Assembly (NCBI GenBank): GCA_038851755.1
Contig: JAWCKR010000017.1
Coordinates: 1 to 29,873, forward strand
Direction: 5' to 3'
DNA length: 29,873 nucleotides
Source: Candidatus Hadarchaeales archaeon
Lineage (GTDB): Archaea; Hadarchaeota; Hadarchaeia; Hadarchaeales; WYZ-LMO6
Part shown: piece after piece, positions 8,267 through 17,264 of the stretch
Layout: each line of letters opens with the position of its first letter
Position numbering within the stretch: position 1 is the first letter of the stretch
Position numbers and translations under genes: made by a program
Notes under the pieces: generated by a model
Seen by the model: the letters and a program-made list of their open reading frames with translations, nothing else
Told to the model about the DNA's origin: nothing
Database searches by the model: none

Positions 8267-9018
8267 TCCGATTCAATCCTCGGGGCCAAAATGAAGCTGA
8301 GGCTGCCCTTCCCACCCGCTATGCGCAGGTCCAGCCTCATGGGCAGGTCCTTCCCCAGGCTGACCGTAACCACGTCCTTGGGATCGGCTGCCTTCAGCAT
8401 GTCGGAGAGGTACTTCACGTTGAACATGGAGGAGCAGGGGCGTTCCAGCTTGAGCTTGGGCATGGCGGCGCTCCCCTTCTCCAGCTTCAGCTCCGCCGAT
8501 TTACCGTCGCCCTCCGCGTGCATGAAGAATCCTTCCTCCGTAACCTCGAGGCGAACGTTCTCCCCCACCGTTTCGGAGTCCCGCAGGCCGTCCTGCAACA
8601 CCTCCGCCATCACCTCCACGAAGGCGGTGAACTGAAGCTTGGGTTCAGGGGGTTCGCTCTCCCTGAGGTCGAGGAGGGGCAGACTGAACTTTCTGCTGGA
8701 GGTACCCTTGAAGGTGATCAAGAGCCTGTTCTTCTCCTCGTCGTGCTCCATCACCAGGGCATCATCGCTCTTGGCCCTGGAGAGGACCCTGTTAAGCTCC
8801 GTGAGGGAGAGACCCAGCCCCAGCGGCTTGGACACCCTGTACTCCTCGAAGGCCCCGGCGGGGAGCCTGAAGTCCACCAGAGCCACGTGAGAGGGGTCCA
8901 TCGCCCTCATGCTCACACCCTCCTGGGAGAACTTGAAGTGGGCCTCCTCCAGCAGGTTGACGATGGCCCCCATGCACGTCTTCCAGACCTTGGTGTCCGA
9001 CATCCTGGCCGTCAGCAT
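8263..9018 (-). CDS. pcn: DNA polymerase sliding clamp PCNA
   Basis: AMDPSHVALVDF, FNVKYL, LAPRIE; 251 aa. Confidence 0.97.
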   Translation of the reverse strand: MLTARMSDTKVWKTCMGAIVNLLEEAHFKFSQEGVSMRAMDPSHVALVDFRLPAGAFEEYRVSKPLGLGLSLTELNRVLSRAKSDDALVMEHDEEKNRLLITFKGTSSRKFSLPLLDLRESEPPEPKLQFTAFVEVMAEVLQDGLRDSETVGENVRLEVTEEGFFMHAEGDGKSAELKLEKGSAAMPKLKLERPCSSMFNVKYLSDMLKAADPKDVVTVSLGKDLPMRLDLRIAGGKGSLSFILAPRIESE

Positions 9019-9022
9019 GTCC

Positions 9023-9370
9023 TCACCCCACTTCTTCCTCCAGCTTTTTTACCTCTTCCATAACCTCCCAGTACAGCTCGAAATCCAGCCCGTCCACCCT
9101 CTGCACGATCTCCGCCTCCATCTCCTTACCCCCCCTTTCAACCGGAAACGTGGGCCTGCCGAAGACCCTCACCTTGGAACCCACCTCCACCCCCTCGAAC
9201 ATCCCCTCCTTCTCGGGGAAGACGGTCAGGGTTCCGGAACCGTCATCGAGGACTATCTCGGAGTCCCTCTTCTCCACCACCAAGCCCATCACCTTCACCC
9301 ATTCCTCCCCCTCCCTGAGCTCGGCAATCCTGCGGTAGGGTGCCGCCTTTCTCCTCCTGGGTTCCTCCAT
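9023..9370 (-). CDS. Single OB-fold protein, RPA small-subunit-like
   Basis: VKVMGLVVEK...IVLDDGSGTLTV...G.KVRVFGRP OB-fold pattern. Start ATG 9370 behind GGTGAGG. Confidence 0.75.
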   Translation of the reverse strand: MEEPRRRKAAPYRRIAELREGEEWVKVMGLVVEKRDSEIVLDDGSGTLTVFPEKEGMFEGVEVGSKVRVFGRPTFPVERGGKEMEAEIVQRVDGLDFELYWEVMEEVKKLEEEVG

Positions 9371-9378
9371 CCCCTCAC

Positions 9379-9696
9379 CTATGCATACTCCCTCCAGGTG
9401 TTTCCGCACTTGACACACCTGTAGAACCTGGTGGAGGGCTCATCGGCACTCCTGGTCTGCCTCATCCACCAGTATGCCTTGTCGTGACCGCACTTGGGGC
9501 ACTTTGCCCTCGTAGTGGGCAGGGTGGAGGGCTCCTCCTCCTCTATCACCACCACATCCCCTTTCTCCTCCACCTTCTTCACCATCCTGTACTCCGATCC
9601 CTCCGCCTTCTCCTCCTTCCCACAGAGCTGGCACACTAAGACTCCCTCTTCCTCTGGCTTGGGAACCAGAAGCCCCCCGCACTTGCAGAACTTCAA
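9379..9696 (-). CDS. tfs: Transcription factor S (TFS/RpoM)
   Basis: C-terminal CPKCGH...QTRSADEPSTRFYRCVKC with the catalytic DE pair. Start TTG 9696, because the track start at 9732 sits in the TATA-like TTTATTT. Confidence 0.93.
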   Translation of the reverse strand: MKFCKCGGLLVPKPEEEGVLVCQLCGKEEKAEGSEYRMVKKVEEKGDVVVIEEEEPSTLPTTRAKCPKCGHDKAYWWMRQTRSADEPSTRFYRCVKCGNTWREYA

Positions 9697-9743
9697 GGTG
9701 TCCCCAAGCCAACTCTTCTGAGGGGGATTCAAATAAAGCTTTC

Positions 9744-10250
9744 TTAACCCTGCGTCCAGACCGAAAGGGAGAACCAGCCCAGGTTGGGTATCACTCCCAC
9801 CACCTTTCCCCTCACCATCCCGAACGAAATCGGGGAATCAGGGATGGTGTTGGCGTCACCTTTCGTTACGAGCATGGTGCCGTTCTCCAGAAGGGCCAGA
9901 ACCCTGTGGACCACCGGTATCACGTTGGGGCTCCGCTGGTAAATCACCACGTCACCCACCTTCAGCTCGGAAGGAGAGCTGACTCCCCTCACCACCACCA
10001 GATCACCCTTCTCGAACCCCCCCTGGAGGGGGAAGCGGTGGGTGTTCTCCCCTCTTTGCTCGTACACGACCCTCCAGCTCTCGTCATGGTGCTGCATGCT
10101 GTTGGAGATCACGGGCATGAGGGGGGTCTCCGAGTTAAGCGCAAGCATCAGGACACCCTGGTAGGTGAAGTAGAGGAACCCCAGTAGGAGGAGGAAGGAA
10201 AGCAGGAAGTAGAGGGGCTCCCTCAGAAGCGGCGAAAGCACCTTCCTCAT
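9744..10250 (-). CDS. Signal peptidase I (archaeal Sec11-type)
   Basis: N-terminal TM helix; VISNSM (Ser), GDLVVV, VVHRV (His), TKGDAN..PD. Confidence 0.9.
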   Translation of the reverse strand: MRKVLSPLLREPLYFLLSFLLLLGFLYFTYQGVLMLALNSETPLMPVISNSMQHHDESWRVVYEQRGENTHRFPLQGGFEKGDLVVVRGVSSPSELKVGDVVIYQRSPNVIPVVHRVLALLENGTMLVTKGDANTIPDSPISFGMVRGKVVGVIPNLGWFSLSVWTQG

Positions 10251-10850
10251 CTAACCCCCTCCCGCGCTCTCTCCCCTGCTTACGCCGGTAGCTATGAGGT
10301 GGGCCACCCTGAGGGGTTCGGGCATCAACCCGTGCGTCACCGTCCTGCGGAGGACCTCCTCTGCATCCTCCCTCCTCATGCCGCAGAGCTGCATGAAGAC
10401 CCTCCCTCCCCCCACCCTCACCGGATAAATCCTGCCCGCCCCCTCCATCTTCCTCCACCTTTCCCTCCAGTCCGGGAGGTGCTTGAGGGCCATCTCCACC
10501 TTCTTCAGATCGGGCTTCCTCCTGGTGACCACCAGCACGGGGAGACCCGTCCTCTCGAAAATCTCCTTAATGTCCAGGATGTTGAAACCCGCCACCGTTA
10601 TCCCCTCGCTCATCACCACCCGAAGCTGGTCCCTGTGCCTGCTCCTGCTCACCATCTCCACCACCCTGTCCGTGGCATCCATACCGTCCTTCTCCACTGT
10701 GGTGCTGAGCACCCCCTCCAGTTGCTCTCCCCCCCTCATCACCACTCCCACCAGTAAAACCCTCTCCCCCCTCCTGGGCCTGAAGGCACCGTCGTCCACC
10801 CCCAGCACCCTTATCTCTGGTTTGATTTTCCAGAACTTCACGCACTTCAA
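10251..10850 (-). CDS. DUF99 family protein (endonuclease V-like)
   Basis: IRVLGVDDG.F, DGMDAT, GIT.AGFN.LD, PEPLRVAHLIA. Confidence 0.88.
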   Translation of the reverse strand: MKCVKFWKIKPEIRVLGVDDGAFRPRRGERVLLVGVVMRGGEQLEGVLSTTVEKDGMDATDRVVEMVSRSRHRDQLRVVMSEGITVAGFNILDIKEIFERTGLPVLVVTRRKPDLKKVEMALKHLPDWRERWRKMEGAGRIYPVRVGGGRVFMQLCGMRREDAEEVLRRTVTHGLMPEPLRVAHLIATGVSRGESAGGG

Positions 10851-11140
10851 GAGGGCACCTTGAAGTTCTCGAGCTCTGCCCTGAACTTGCCCTCCAGCTC
10901 CTCCAGCTTCTTTCCCAGCCGCTCCAAGGCCCTCAGAAGAGCCTCCTCGGGCTTCCCCTTCTTCACCCTCACGTAGAACTCGGGAGAGGAAAGAAGGGGG
11001 TGCTCGATCCTGTAGGCTGCCGCCTCCACATTCTCATCCTCGTACATCACCTTCCTCAGGAGGTTACAGAGAGTGTGGTCTTCCCCCACCACCCTGAACC
11101 TCAGGGCCCTGCCCTCCCTCTGGACCTCCTCTATCTTCAT
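10847..11140 (-). CDS. rpoL: DNA-directed RNA polymerase subunit L (Rpo11)
   Basis: GEDHTLCNLLR...A.YRIEHPL. Confidence 0.95.
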   Translation of the reverse strand: MKIEEVQREGRALRFRVVGEDHTLCNLLRKVMYEDENVEAAAYRIEHPLLSSPEFYVRVKKGKPEEALLRALERLGKKLEELEGKFRAELENFKVPS

Positions 11141-11349
11141 CCCTCTCCCCCCTCACAAAGTCTGAGCATCTCCCCAATCTCCTCCCTGGCCCTCTTTATT
11201 TCTTCCTTGGAGCCCTTTATCCCGATCGTCACATGTGTCCCCCTCATCTCCGCCTCCATCTCGTACTCCAGCTCCGCAAGCCTGCGCATGAACTCCACCG
11301 CCTTCGAAGAATCCTTCAGCACCAAGGTGAAAACCCTCCTGACCCTCAC
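11137..11349 (-). CDS. Small (70 aa) hypothetical protein, possibly DUF2067 N-terminal-like
   Basis: Exactly fills the csl4-rpoL gap with GTGA and ATGA overlaps; alternating beta/alpha pattern. Family call rests on recalled synteny only. Confidence 0.65.
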   Translation of the reverse strand: MRVRRVFTLVLKDSSKAVEFMRRLAELEYEMEAEMRGTHVTIGIKGSKEEIKRAREEIGEMLRLCEGGEG

Positions 11350-11939
11350 TCCCCCCAAGGCTCTCCCCTTCCGTAGTCGCTGGCCAGCTTCCTGAACTCC
11401 ACCCTCTTGCAGACCGGACACCTGAGCTTGCCCATCTTGGGATTCTCGACCTTCAGGGGGGTGTTGCAGTTGAAGCACTTGGCCAGGATGACGCCCAAGT
11501 CGTCCTCCGTGGTGGAGAGCTGGACCATCTCCCTCCCCACCTCCCCCACCTTGGCCCGCACGATGTCCCCCACCCTGAACTTTCTCTCCAAATCCCTCAC
11601 GTAACCCTTACTGACCCTGGAAACGTGGATCACCCCCAGCTTGGGAGGAGGGAGCTGCCTGCTCTCGCTCCCGCGCAGGCTCTCTATGGTCACCTCCGCC
11701 TTCTGGGGGGTAACATCCTCCACCTCCCCCAGCACGATATCCCCCCTCTTCAGGACGGGGGGAAAGCTCTTCGGAATCACGGAGATCTTCCTGGTCCTCA
11801 GGTCCACCAGCACCAGCCCGGCGCAGGAGGAATACACCTTCCCCTCCTCCTCGTAGGCACCCTCCCCCGGCAGGAACTCCTCCACCGTGGAGAGGAAGGT
11901 CCCCGGCACCACGAAGGTCCCCGTCTTTATCTCTTCCAT
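11346..11939 (-). CDS. csl4: Exosome complex RNA-binding protein Csl4
   Basis: FVVPG..L...EEFLPGEG.YE, S1 domain, C-terminal Zn ribbon C..C...CPVC..VE.RK. ATG 11939 behind GGTGGTGA. Confidence 0.92.
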   Translation of the reverse strand: MEEIKTGTFVVPGTFLSTVEEFLPGEGAYEEEGKVYSSCAGLVLVDLRTRKISVIPKSFPPVLKRGDIVLGEVEDVTPQKAEVTIESLRGSESRQLPPPKLGVIHVSRVSKGYVRDLERKFRVGDIVRAKVGEVGREMVQLSTTEDDLGVILAKCFNCNTPLKVENPKMGKLRCPVCKRVEFRKLASDYGRGEPWGE

Positions 11940-11966
11940 GGTCACCACCTACCTTGTGGCCATGAG

Positions 11967-12965
11967 TTAAAAATCACTCGCTTCCACCGAGTCCAGCCTG
12001 TAACCCCCACCCTCCCCCAGGAGGAGGAGGAGCTCGGGAGGGGTGAGGACGGGAAGCCCGAACCTGGGAGCGTCATCCAGGGGTATCCTGGGACAGGCGA
12101 CGCAAACGGCGGCCTCCAGCCCCAGGTCCTGCAGTGCTTCGGGCCTTATCTCGTCCGCCACCACCCTCATCACCCTCTTTCCCGCCTTTCTGAGCTTCCC
12201 GCACAGCTCCTCCGCCAGCCTGAACCTGGCCTGACCTGGCTTGGTGCTCATCACCACCCCGAAGAGGGAACTACCCGCCGCCCTGGCCATCACCCCCCTC
12301 CTCTCCCTGAGGAAGTCCTCGGCGGAATCCATCCTCTCCCACCTCCCGCCAAGAGGATCCACCGCCAGGACGGGTTTGCCCGTGGAGAGATGCACGCCCA
12401 GGGGATGGAACCTCCCCGTGCCGAAGTAGAGGAACTTTTCCACCTGCCCAGCCACGGAAAGGGCGGAGGTGAGGTCGCACCCCAGCACCTGCCCCGCGTA
12501 TCTGGTCCTCGCACCGGGACCTCCCAGCAGGGGTTGGAACCCAAGAGAGGTGAGCGCTTCCAGCACCCGTGGAAGGAAACCCACGTGCTGGACGGTGGTG
12601 ACCACGCCCACCCTCCCGCGCTCCTCACCCTCGACCGCCCTCGTGACATGCTCCACCGGATCCACATCCATCCTCGCCTCCACAAAGAGGACGGGGAGAG
12701 AGGAGGGAAGGCCCATGTCCGAGTGACCGTAGTGCAGCAGCGCCTCCGCCCCCACCTCCCTGGCCTTCCCCTCCGCCAGGTCACAGGCCCCGTAGCAGCT
12801 CCCACCCAAGAAAATCCCCTCCACGCCCTCCTCCTGCAGAAGCCTCTCTATCCTCCAAGCCTGCCTGCGGAGTCCCTCCGGAAGCTGGATCGCCACCTTC
12901 CTGATCCCCCCTGACCTGAGGAACTCCCTGACCCTTTCCTCCTCCAAGTCGTACTCCTCTCTCAA
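11967..12965 (-). CDS. dph2: Diphthamide biosynthesis enzyme Dph2
   Basis: QLPEGL, CYGACD, HYGHS, GQVLGC, GRFHP, ACPRI..DD. Confidence 0.95.
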   Translation of the reverse strand: MREEYDLEEERVREFLRSGGIRKVAIQLPEGLRRQAWRIERLLQEEGVEGIFLGGSCYGACDLAEGKAREVGAEALLHYGHSDMGLPSSLPVLFVEARMDVDPVEHVTRAVEGEERGRVGVVTTVQHVGFLPRVLEALTSLGFQPLLGGPGARTRYAGQVLGCDLTSALSVAGQVEKFLYFGTGRFHPLGVHLSTGKPVLAVDPLGGRWERMDSAEDFLRERRGVMARAAGSSLFGVVMSTKPGQARFRLAEELCGKLRKAGKRVMRVVADEIRPEALQDLGLEAAVCVACPRIPLDDAPRFGLPVLTPPELLLLLGEGGGYRLDSVEASDF

Positions 12966-12966
12966 C

Positions 12967-13989
12967 TCAGCGCTCCTCCACCATCTTGAAGGCGTTGAGG
13001 TTGAGCACGATCTCTGCTATATCGCTCCCGTACTCCCCTATCCTGCGCAGGCTCTCGACCATCAGCCTGAGGGCCAGCAGGTCCTCTCCGGAGACCCTCT
13101 TGAGGGCTTCCCTTATCGCCCTCTCCTCCGCCTTCAGGATCTCCTCCCTCTTCCCCATCGCCCCCTCCGCCTTTCCGTAATCTCCCTCAAACAGAGCGTT
13201 CACGGCATCCTCGAAGACCGAGAAGGCCACCTTTTCCATCTCCCTCATCCTCCTCACCACCTCCACCGGCACCTTCTCCTTGAGCTGGAGCACGTTCTGT
13301 GCCAGCAGGACCAGGTGATCCGAGACCCTCTCCACTATCTTGGTGACGATTCTGTAGCCGAGACAGTCCCTCCCGCTCTCCAGTCCTATCTCCTTGACTA
13401 TCCTGGGGTCCTCCACGGCCGACTTCAGCTGTCTTATGATGTACATCCCGAACCTGTCCACCTCATCGTCCCTGGCCACCACGTCTCTGGCCAGCTCTGC
13501 GTTGGAGCCCTCCAGCGCCGCCATCGCATCTTCCCTCATGCTCATGGCGATGAGGTACATCCTCCTCAGGGCATCCTTCACGGAGAGCTCGGGATAGCTC
13601 ATGAGAACCTGCAGGACCATCTCCCCAGGAAGGTCTGTGGTTATCTCCGTTCCCACCAGCTTCGTCCTCACAAAGCTCCTCAGCACCTCTCTCTGGGCAG
13701 GGGAAATCCTTCCCTCCCTCGCCCTCAGCCTTATCACGTTGCATCCCACGAGGTAGAGGGAAACCACCTTCCTGGCCAGAGAATAGGGATCCTCCTCGGA
13801 GGAAACCTTAAGAGTCACCTCGCCCTTCTCCCCCCGCCTCGGGGAGAGGAACACCACCAGGGAGCCGTCTCCCCTCTTCTCGATCTCCACTTCGTCCCCT
13901 TCCTTTACTCCCATCTCCACGGCCCATCGCTTGGGGAGGGAGAGGATGTAGGTGGAACCCCCCGTGAGCTGAATCCTGCGTTTCTCCAT
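12967..13989 (-). CDS. phoU: PhoU-family phosphate uptake regulator with N-terminal AbrB-like DNA-binding domain
   Basis: RRIQLTGGSTYILSLPKRW (AbrB); DDEVDRF, ERVSDH and RRIGEY..DIAE PhoU repeats. Confidence 0.9.
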   Translation of the reverse strand: MEKRRIQLTGGSTYILSLPKRWAVEMGVKEGDEVEIEKRGDGSLVVFLSPRRGEKGEVTLKVSSEEDPYSLARKVVSLYLVGCNVIRLRAREGRISPAQREVLRSFVRTKLVGTEITTDLPGEMVLQVLMSYPELSVKDALRRMYLIAMSMREDAMAALEGSNAELARDVVARDDEVDRFGMYIIRQLKSAVEDPRIVKEIGLESGRDCLGYRIVTKIVERVSDHLVLLAQNVLQLKEKVPVEVVRRMREMEKVAFSVFEDAVNALFEGDYGKAEGAMGKREEILKAEERAIREALKRVSGEDLLALRLMVESLRRIGEYGSDIAEIVLNLNAFKMVEER

Positions 13990-14062
13990 ATCTTTTTGAT
14001 TTCTATTTAGAGATATATAAAATTTGAGGAAAGTTATATAAGCTGGAGAGGGAAGGGGAAGA
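13990..14062. promoter_or_regulatory. Divergent phoU/pit promoters
   Basis: AT-rich spacer with TTTTATATAT on - (14022-14013) and TTATATAA on + (14034-14041), each about 22-24 nt before its ATG. Confidence 0.6.
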
Positions 14063-15256
14063 ATGCTCGAGTTCCCCCTTTATGGAGCCAGCCTGGCCCT
14101 GGCACTCTACATGGCCTGGGGCCTGGGAGCCAACGACGCCGCCAACCCCTGCAACTGTGTGGTAGGGGCGGGGGTCTATTCCACCAAAAAGGCCCTTTAC
14201 ACCTTCTCGCTCTTCGCCGCACTGGGTGGGATACTCTTTGGATCCTTCGTGATGAAAACTTTCGACCGTGGGCTGATCTCAAGGGAACACTTCGAAACCG
14301 GCACGCTGATAGTGGGAAGCCTCTGTGCCGCGCTCGCAGGATGCCTCTGGGTAACTTTTAGCACCTGGATGGGGATGCCCGTTTCCACTACCCACTCCGT
14401 CATGGGAGGGGTGCTGGGTTTCGCCCTCGCCACAGGTGCCCCCGTCCGGTGGGGAACTGCGCGGAAGGCTTTCCTGAGCATACCCATCTCCCCCCTCGTG
14501 GCCATGTCGCTGGCGGCTGGGCTCTTCTTCCTTCTCAAGAAGTACTTCGAGAAACGAAGGAGGAGGGTCTCCAACCTCCTCCTTTCCTTCTCCCTCTACC
14601 TCCCCCTCTTCCTCACCCTCTTCTTCTCCCTCTTCTTCGGCATCCTGAAGTTGAACCCCGGAGCCTCCCTTTCCCTGACTCTCCTCTGTTCCGCCTCTTG
14701 CCTCTCCGCCCTCCTTCTCTGGACCAGAAGAGCGGAGGGAGTAGAACTCTCCTCAAAACTCTTGATACTGGTCCACTTCCTCAGCGCCTTCGCCTTTGGA
14801 GCCAACGACATGGCCAACGCCACGGGAGTGTTCATCACCCCCACCGAACGCGTGATGGGCCTGCCCACTACCTCCACCATGGTGTTCCTCTCGGTGATGG
14901 GAGCGGTGGGGATCACGCTGGGGGCCTTCACCTGGGGCTACAAGGTGCTGAATACCGCCGCCTACAGGGTTACCAGGCTTAACCCCCTCACGGGTTTGGC
15001 GGCCGAATATTCTCAGGCCTTCACCGTCCTTGTGTTCACCACCGTCCCCGCCCTCCTCTGGAAATACGGCATTCCCGTTTCCACCTCCATCTCCAACATA
15101 GGGACCGTGGTGGGAGTGGGACTGGCGACGGGTGGGACGGGGGGAGTAAACAGGAGAATTGTGGGAAAGATCCTCCTCTTCTGGATCCTCACCATACCCT
15201 GTGCGGCTTTATTAAGCACGGCCCTATTTAGGTTGGTCAACGCGGTGGTGGGATGA
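14063..15256 (+). CDS. Inorganic phosphate transporter, PiT family
   Basis: Two GANDxAN motifs, PVSTTH and PVSTS, multiple TM helices. Confidence 0.93.
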   Translation: MLEFPLYGASLALALYMAWGLGANDAANPCNCVVGAGVYSTKKALYTFSLFAALGGILFGSFVMKTFDRGLISREHFETGTLIVGSLCAALAGCLWVTFSTWMGMPVSTTHSVMGGVLGFALATGAPVRWGTARKAFLSIPISPLVAMSLAAGLFFLLKKYFEKRRRRVSNLLLSFSLYLPLFLTLFFSLFFGILKLNPGASLSLTLLCSASCLSALLLWTRRAEGVELSSKLLILVHFLSAFAFGANDMANATGVFITPTERVMGLPTTSTMVFLSVMGAVGITLGAFTWGYKVLNTAAYRVTRLNPLTGLAAEYSQAFTVLVFTTVPALLWKYGIPVSTSISNIGTVVGVGLATGGTGGVNRRIVGKILLFWILTIPCAALLSTALFRLVNAVVG

Positions 15257-15927
15257 GGGGCTCTCTGCTCTGGATAGGGAAAGGACGAGAAACGGAGGTG
15301 CTGAAGAGGTGCGACGGCCACATGAGGAAGGTGGTGGAGACGGTGGTGGAGATGGACCGGGGCTTCCAGGCGGCCTGCTCCCTGAAGGATAGAAAGGAGG
15401 TGGAAAAGGCCTTCCGGGGGGCCTTCCAACGGGAGAAAGAAGCCGACGAGATCAAGAAGGAGGTGCTGGAGGATCTGGCCAAGAAGCTCTTTCAGCCCCT
15501 GAACAGGGACGAAATCATCAGGCTGGTGATGACGGCGGATGATGTGGCCTCCAACGCCAAGGCGGCCATCAGGAAGCTCACCTTCCTTGACCCCAAGGAG
15601 CTGCCCAAAGACCTGAGGAAGCTCTTCTCGCACTTCTCCTCGAGGGTGCTGGAGATCTCCAAGACCATGTACAAGGACTTCCTTGCCCTCACCAAAAATC
15701 CCTCCTCCGCCATCAAGGTCTCCCACGAGGTGGAGAGGATAGAGGAGGAGATAGACGACTTCAGGGGGGAAAGGCTCGTGCCCAAGATGCTGGAATGGCA
15801 GAAAACCAACAAAAACGTGGGCTCCTCCCTCCTGCTGAAGGAAATTGCCGACAACCTGGAGGAAGTGGCCGACCGGTGCGAGGACGTGAGCGATCTCATC
15901 AGGTACATAGCCCTGAGTCACCTGTGA
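15253..15927 (+). CDS. DUF47 / PhoU-like phosphate transport regulator
   Basis: EKEADEIK, DDVA, EEEIDD, ADNLEEVADRCEDVSD; ATGA-coupled to pit. Confidence 0.88.
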   Translation: MRGSLLWIGKGRETEVLKRCDGHMRKVVETVVEMDRGFQAACSLKDRKEVEKAFRGAFQREKEADEIKKEVLEDLAKKLFQPLNRDEIIRLVMTADDVASNAKAAIRKLTFLDPKELPKDLRKLFSHFSSRVLEISKTMYKDFLALTKNPSSAIKVSHEVERIEEEIDDFRGERLVPKMLEWQKTNKNVGSSLLLKEIADNLEEVADRCEDVSDLIRYIALSHL

Positions 15928-15931
15928 GTCC

Positions 15932-17263
15932 TTGAGAGTAGAGGACGTGCGCTGGCTGAGGGAAGTGCTGCCCCCCTCCCTCCTCGAGGGCATAACCGGT
16001 CTGCGCCTCAGGAGGTCCGGCCACCTCTGTCTCTCCTGCAGGGGAAGGGGTCTCTGTGGCAAGGCGAGGTGTCCCGTTCTGCTCAGGGCTGAGGCCCTAG
16101 CCAAGGTGGGGAGGGAACTCTCGCCTAGGGTATGGGGCTCCTCCCCTCCCTCAGTCTTCGTGGGAAGGCTGGGATACCCAAAGGTGTACGTGGGGCCCAT
16201 GCTGCCACCCTATCTGGGAGACACGAGCCTCCTGGACACACCGGAGAGCTGGACGGAGAAGAGCGTGGAAGAGATCGTGGGCTTCCGATCCTCGTTGGTG
16301 AGGGGGAAGAAGAGGGAGGGAGTGGAGGTGGCGAGGGGGGGAAGCAGGCTCGTGGAGGTCCTTCAGGAGATGGCCATGGGAAAACGACCGGTGGAGGCCG
16401 AGGTCCTTCTGAGCAAGAAACCCTCCGGCTTCCTCACCGTGGGGGAGGAGGTGCCGCCGATGGGACCTTCCGCCCCGCTGCGGGGGATGAGGGTGTCCCG
16501 GGTGAGAACTGATGAGAGGATAGAGCGGGCCTTCCACGACGGGGACCTCAGGGCGCAGGAGGCGGTGGTGGAGCTCTACCAGGAAGGTGTGCCGGTGAGC
16601 AGGATCCAGAGGGCCTTCAGCATGGGTGTCTTCGGCCTTAGGGACCGGAGGAGGCTGGTTCCCACCCGCTGGAGCATCACGGCCGTGGATGCCATCCTCT
16701 CCCAGGAGCTGATCGAGAAGCTCAAGGACTTCGACACGCTGGACGAGTACCGCGTTTATTCCCTCCGACACCACGGCAACCTCTTCCTAGCCATCCTCAT
16801 GCCCGAGAAGTGGAGCTTCGACTGGATCGAGAGCTGGTTCCCCGGGACCACCTGGAACCCCGAGGGGGCCCCTTCACCGGCCTTGATGGGCGACTGGGAA
16901 CCCTACCAGGGGAGAAAGACCTACCCGGAGATAGGGGGGTGCTACTACGCCTGCAGACTGGCAGTGGCGGAGAGACTGGTGGAAGAAGGGAGGCAGGCCT
17001 CGGCCGTGGTCCTGAGGGAGATTCACCCTGGCTTCCTCCTCCCCCTGGGGGTCTGGTTCGTGAGGGAGTGCGTGAGGAAGATGCTGAGGGGGGAACCGGA
17101 AAAATTCGAGACCCTGGAGGAGGCCCTGGCCCGCGCCCGGACCAAGCTCACCGTTCCCCTGGAGGAGTGGGTGAAACACAGCGGTCTCCTCAGGCGGTGC
17201 CTCTTCCAGAGGAAGCTGACGGAGTTCTGGAGGGAGGACCACGGGGCAGGAGAGAGGGCTTGA
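15932..17263 (+). CDS. nreA: Nre family DNA repair protein (NreA-like, DUF650/DUF651)
   Basis: C..C.GRGLCG...CP Cys cluster, GSSPPSVFVGR.GYPKV, LVPTRWSITAVD, GGCYYA.RL, GVW.VRE, C-terminal PIP box QRKLTEF. Confidence 0.9.
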   Translation: MRVEDVRWLREVLPPSLLEGITGLRLRRSGHLCLSCRGRGLCGKARCPVLLRAEALAKVGRELSPRVWGSSPPSVFVGRLGYPKVYVGPMLPPYLGDTSLLDTPESWTEKSVEEIVGFRSSLVRGKKREGVEVARGGSRLVEVLQEMAMGKRPVEAEVLLSKKPSGFLTVGEEVPPMGPSAPLRGMRVSRVRTDERIERAFHDGDLRAQEAVVELYQEGVPVSRIQRAFSMGVFGLRDRRRLVPTRWSITAVDAILSQELIEKLKDFDTLDEYRVYSLRHHGNLFLAILMPEKWSFDWIESWFPGTTWNPEGAPSPALMGDWEPYQGRKTYPEIGGCYYACRLAVAERLVEEGRQASAVVLREIHPGFLLPLGVWFVRECVRKMLRGEPEKFETLEEALARARTKLTVPLEEWVKHSGLLRRCLFQRKLTEFWREDHGAGERA

Positions 17264-17264
17264 G

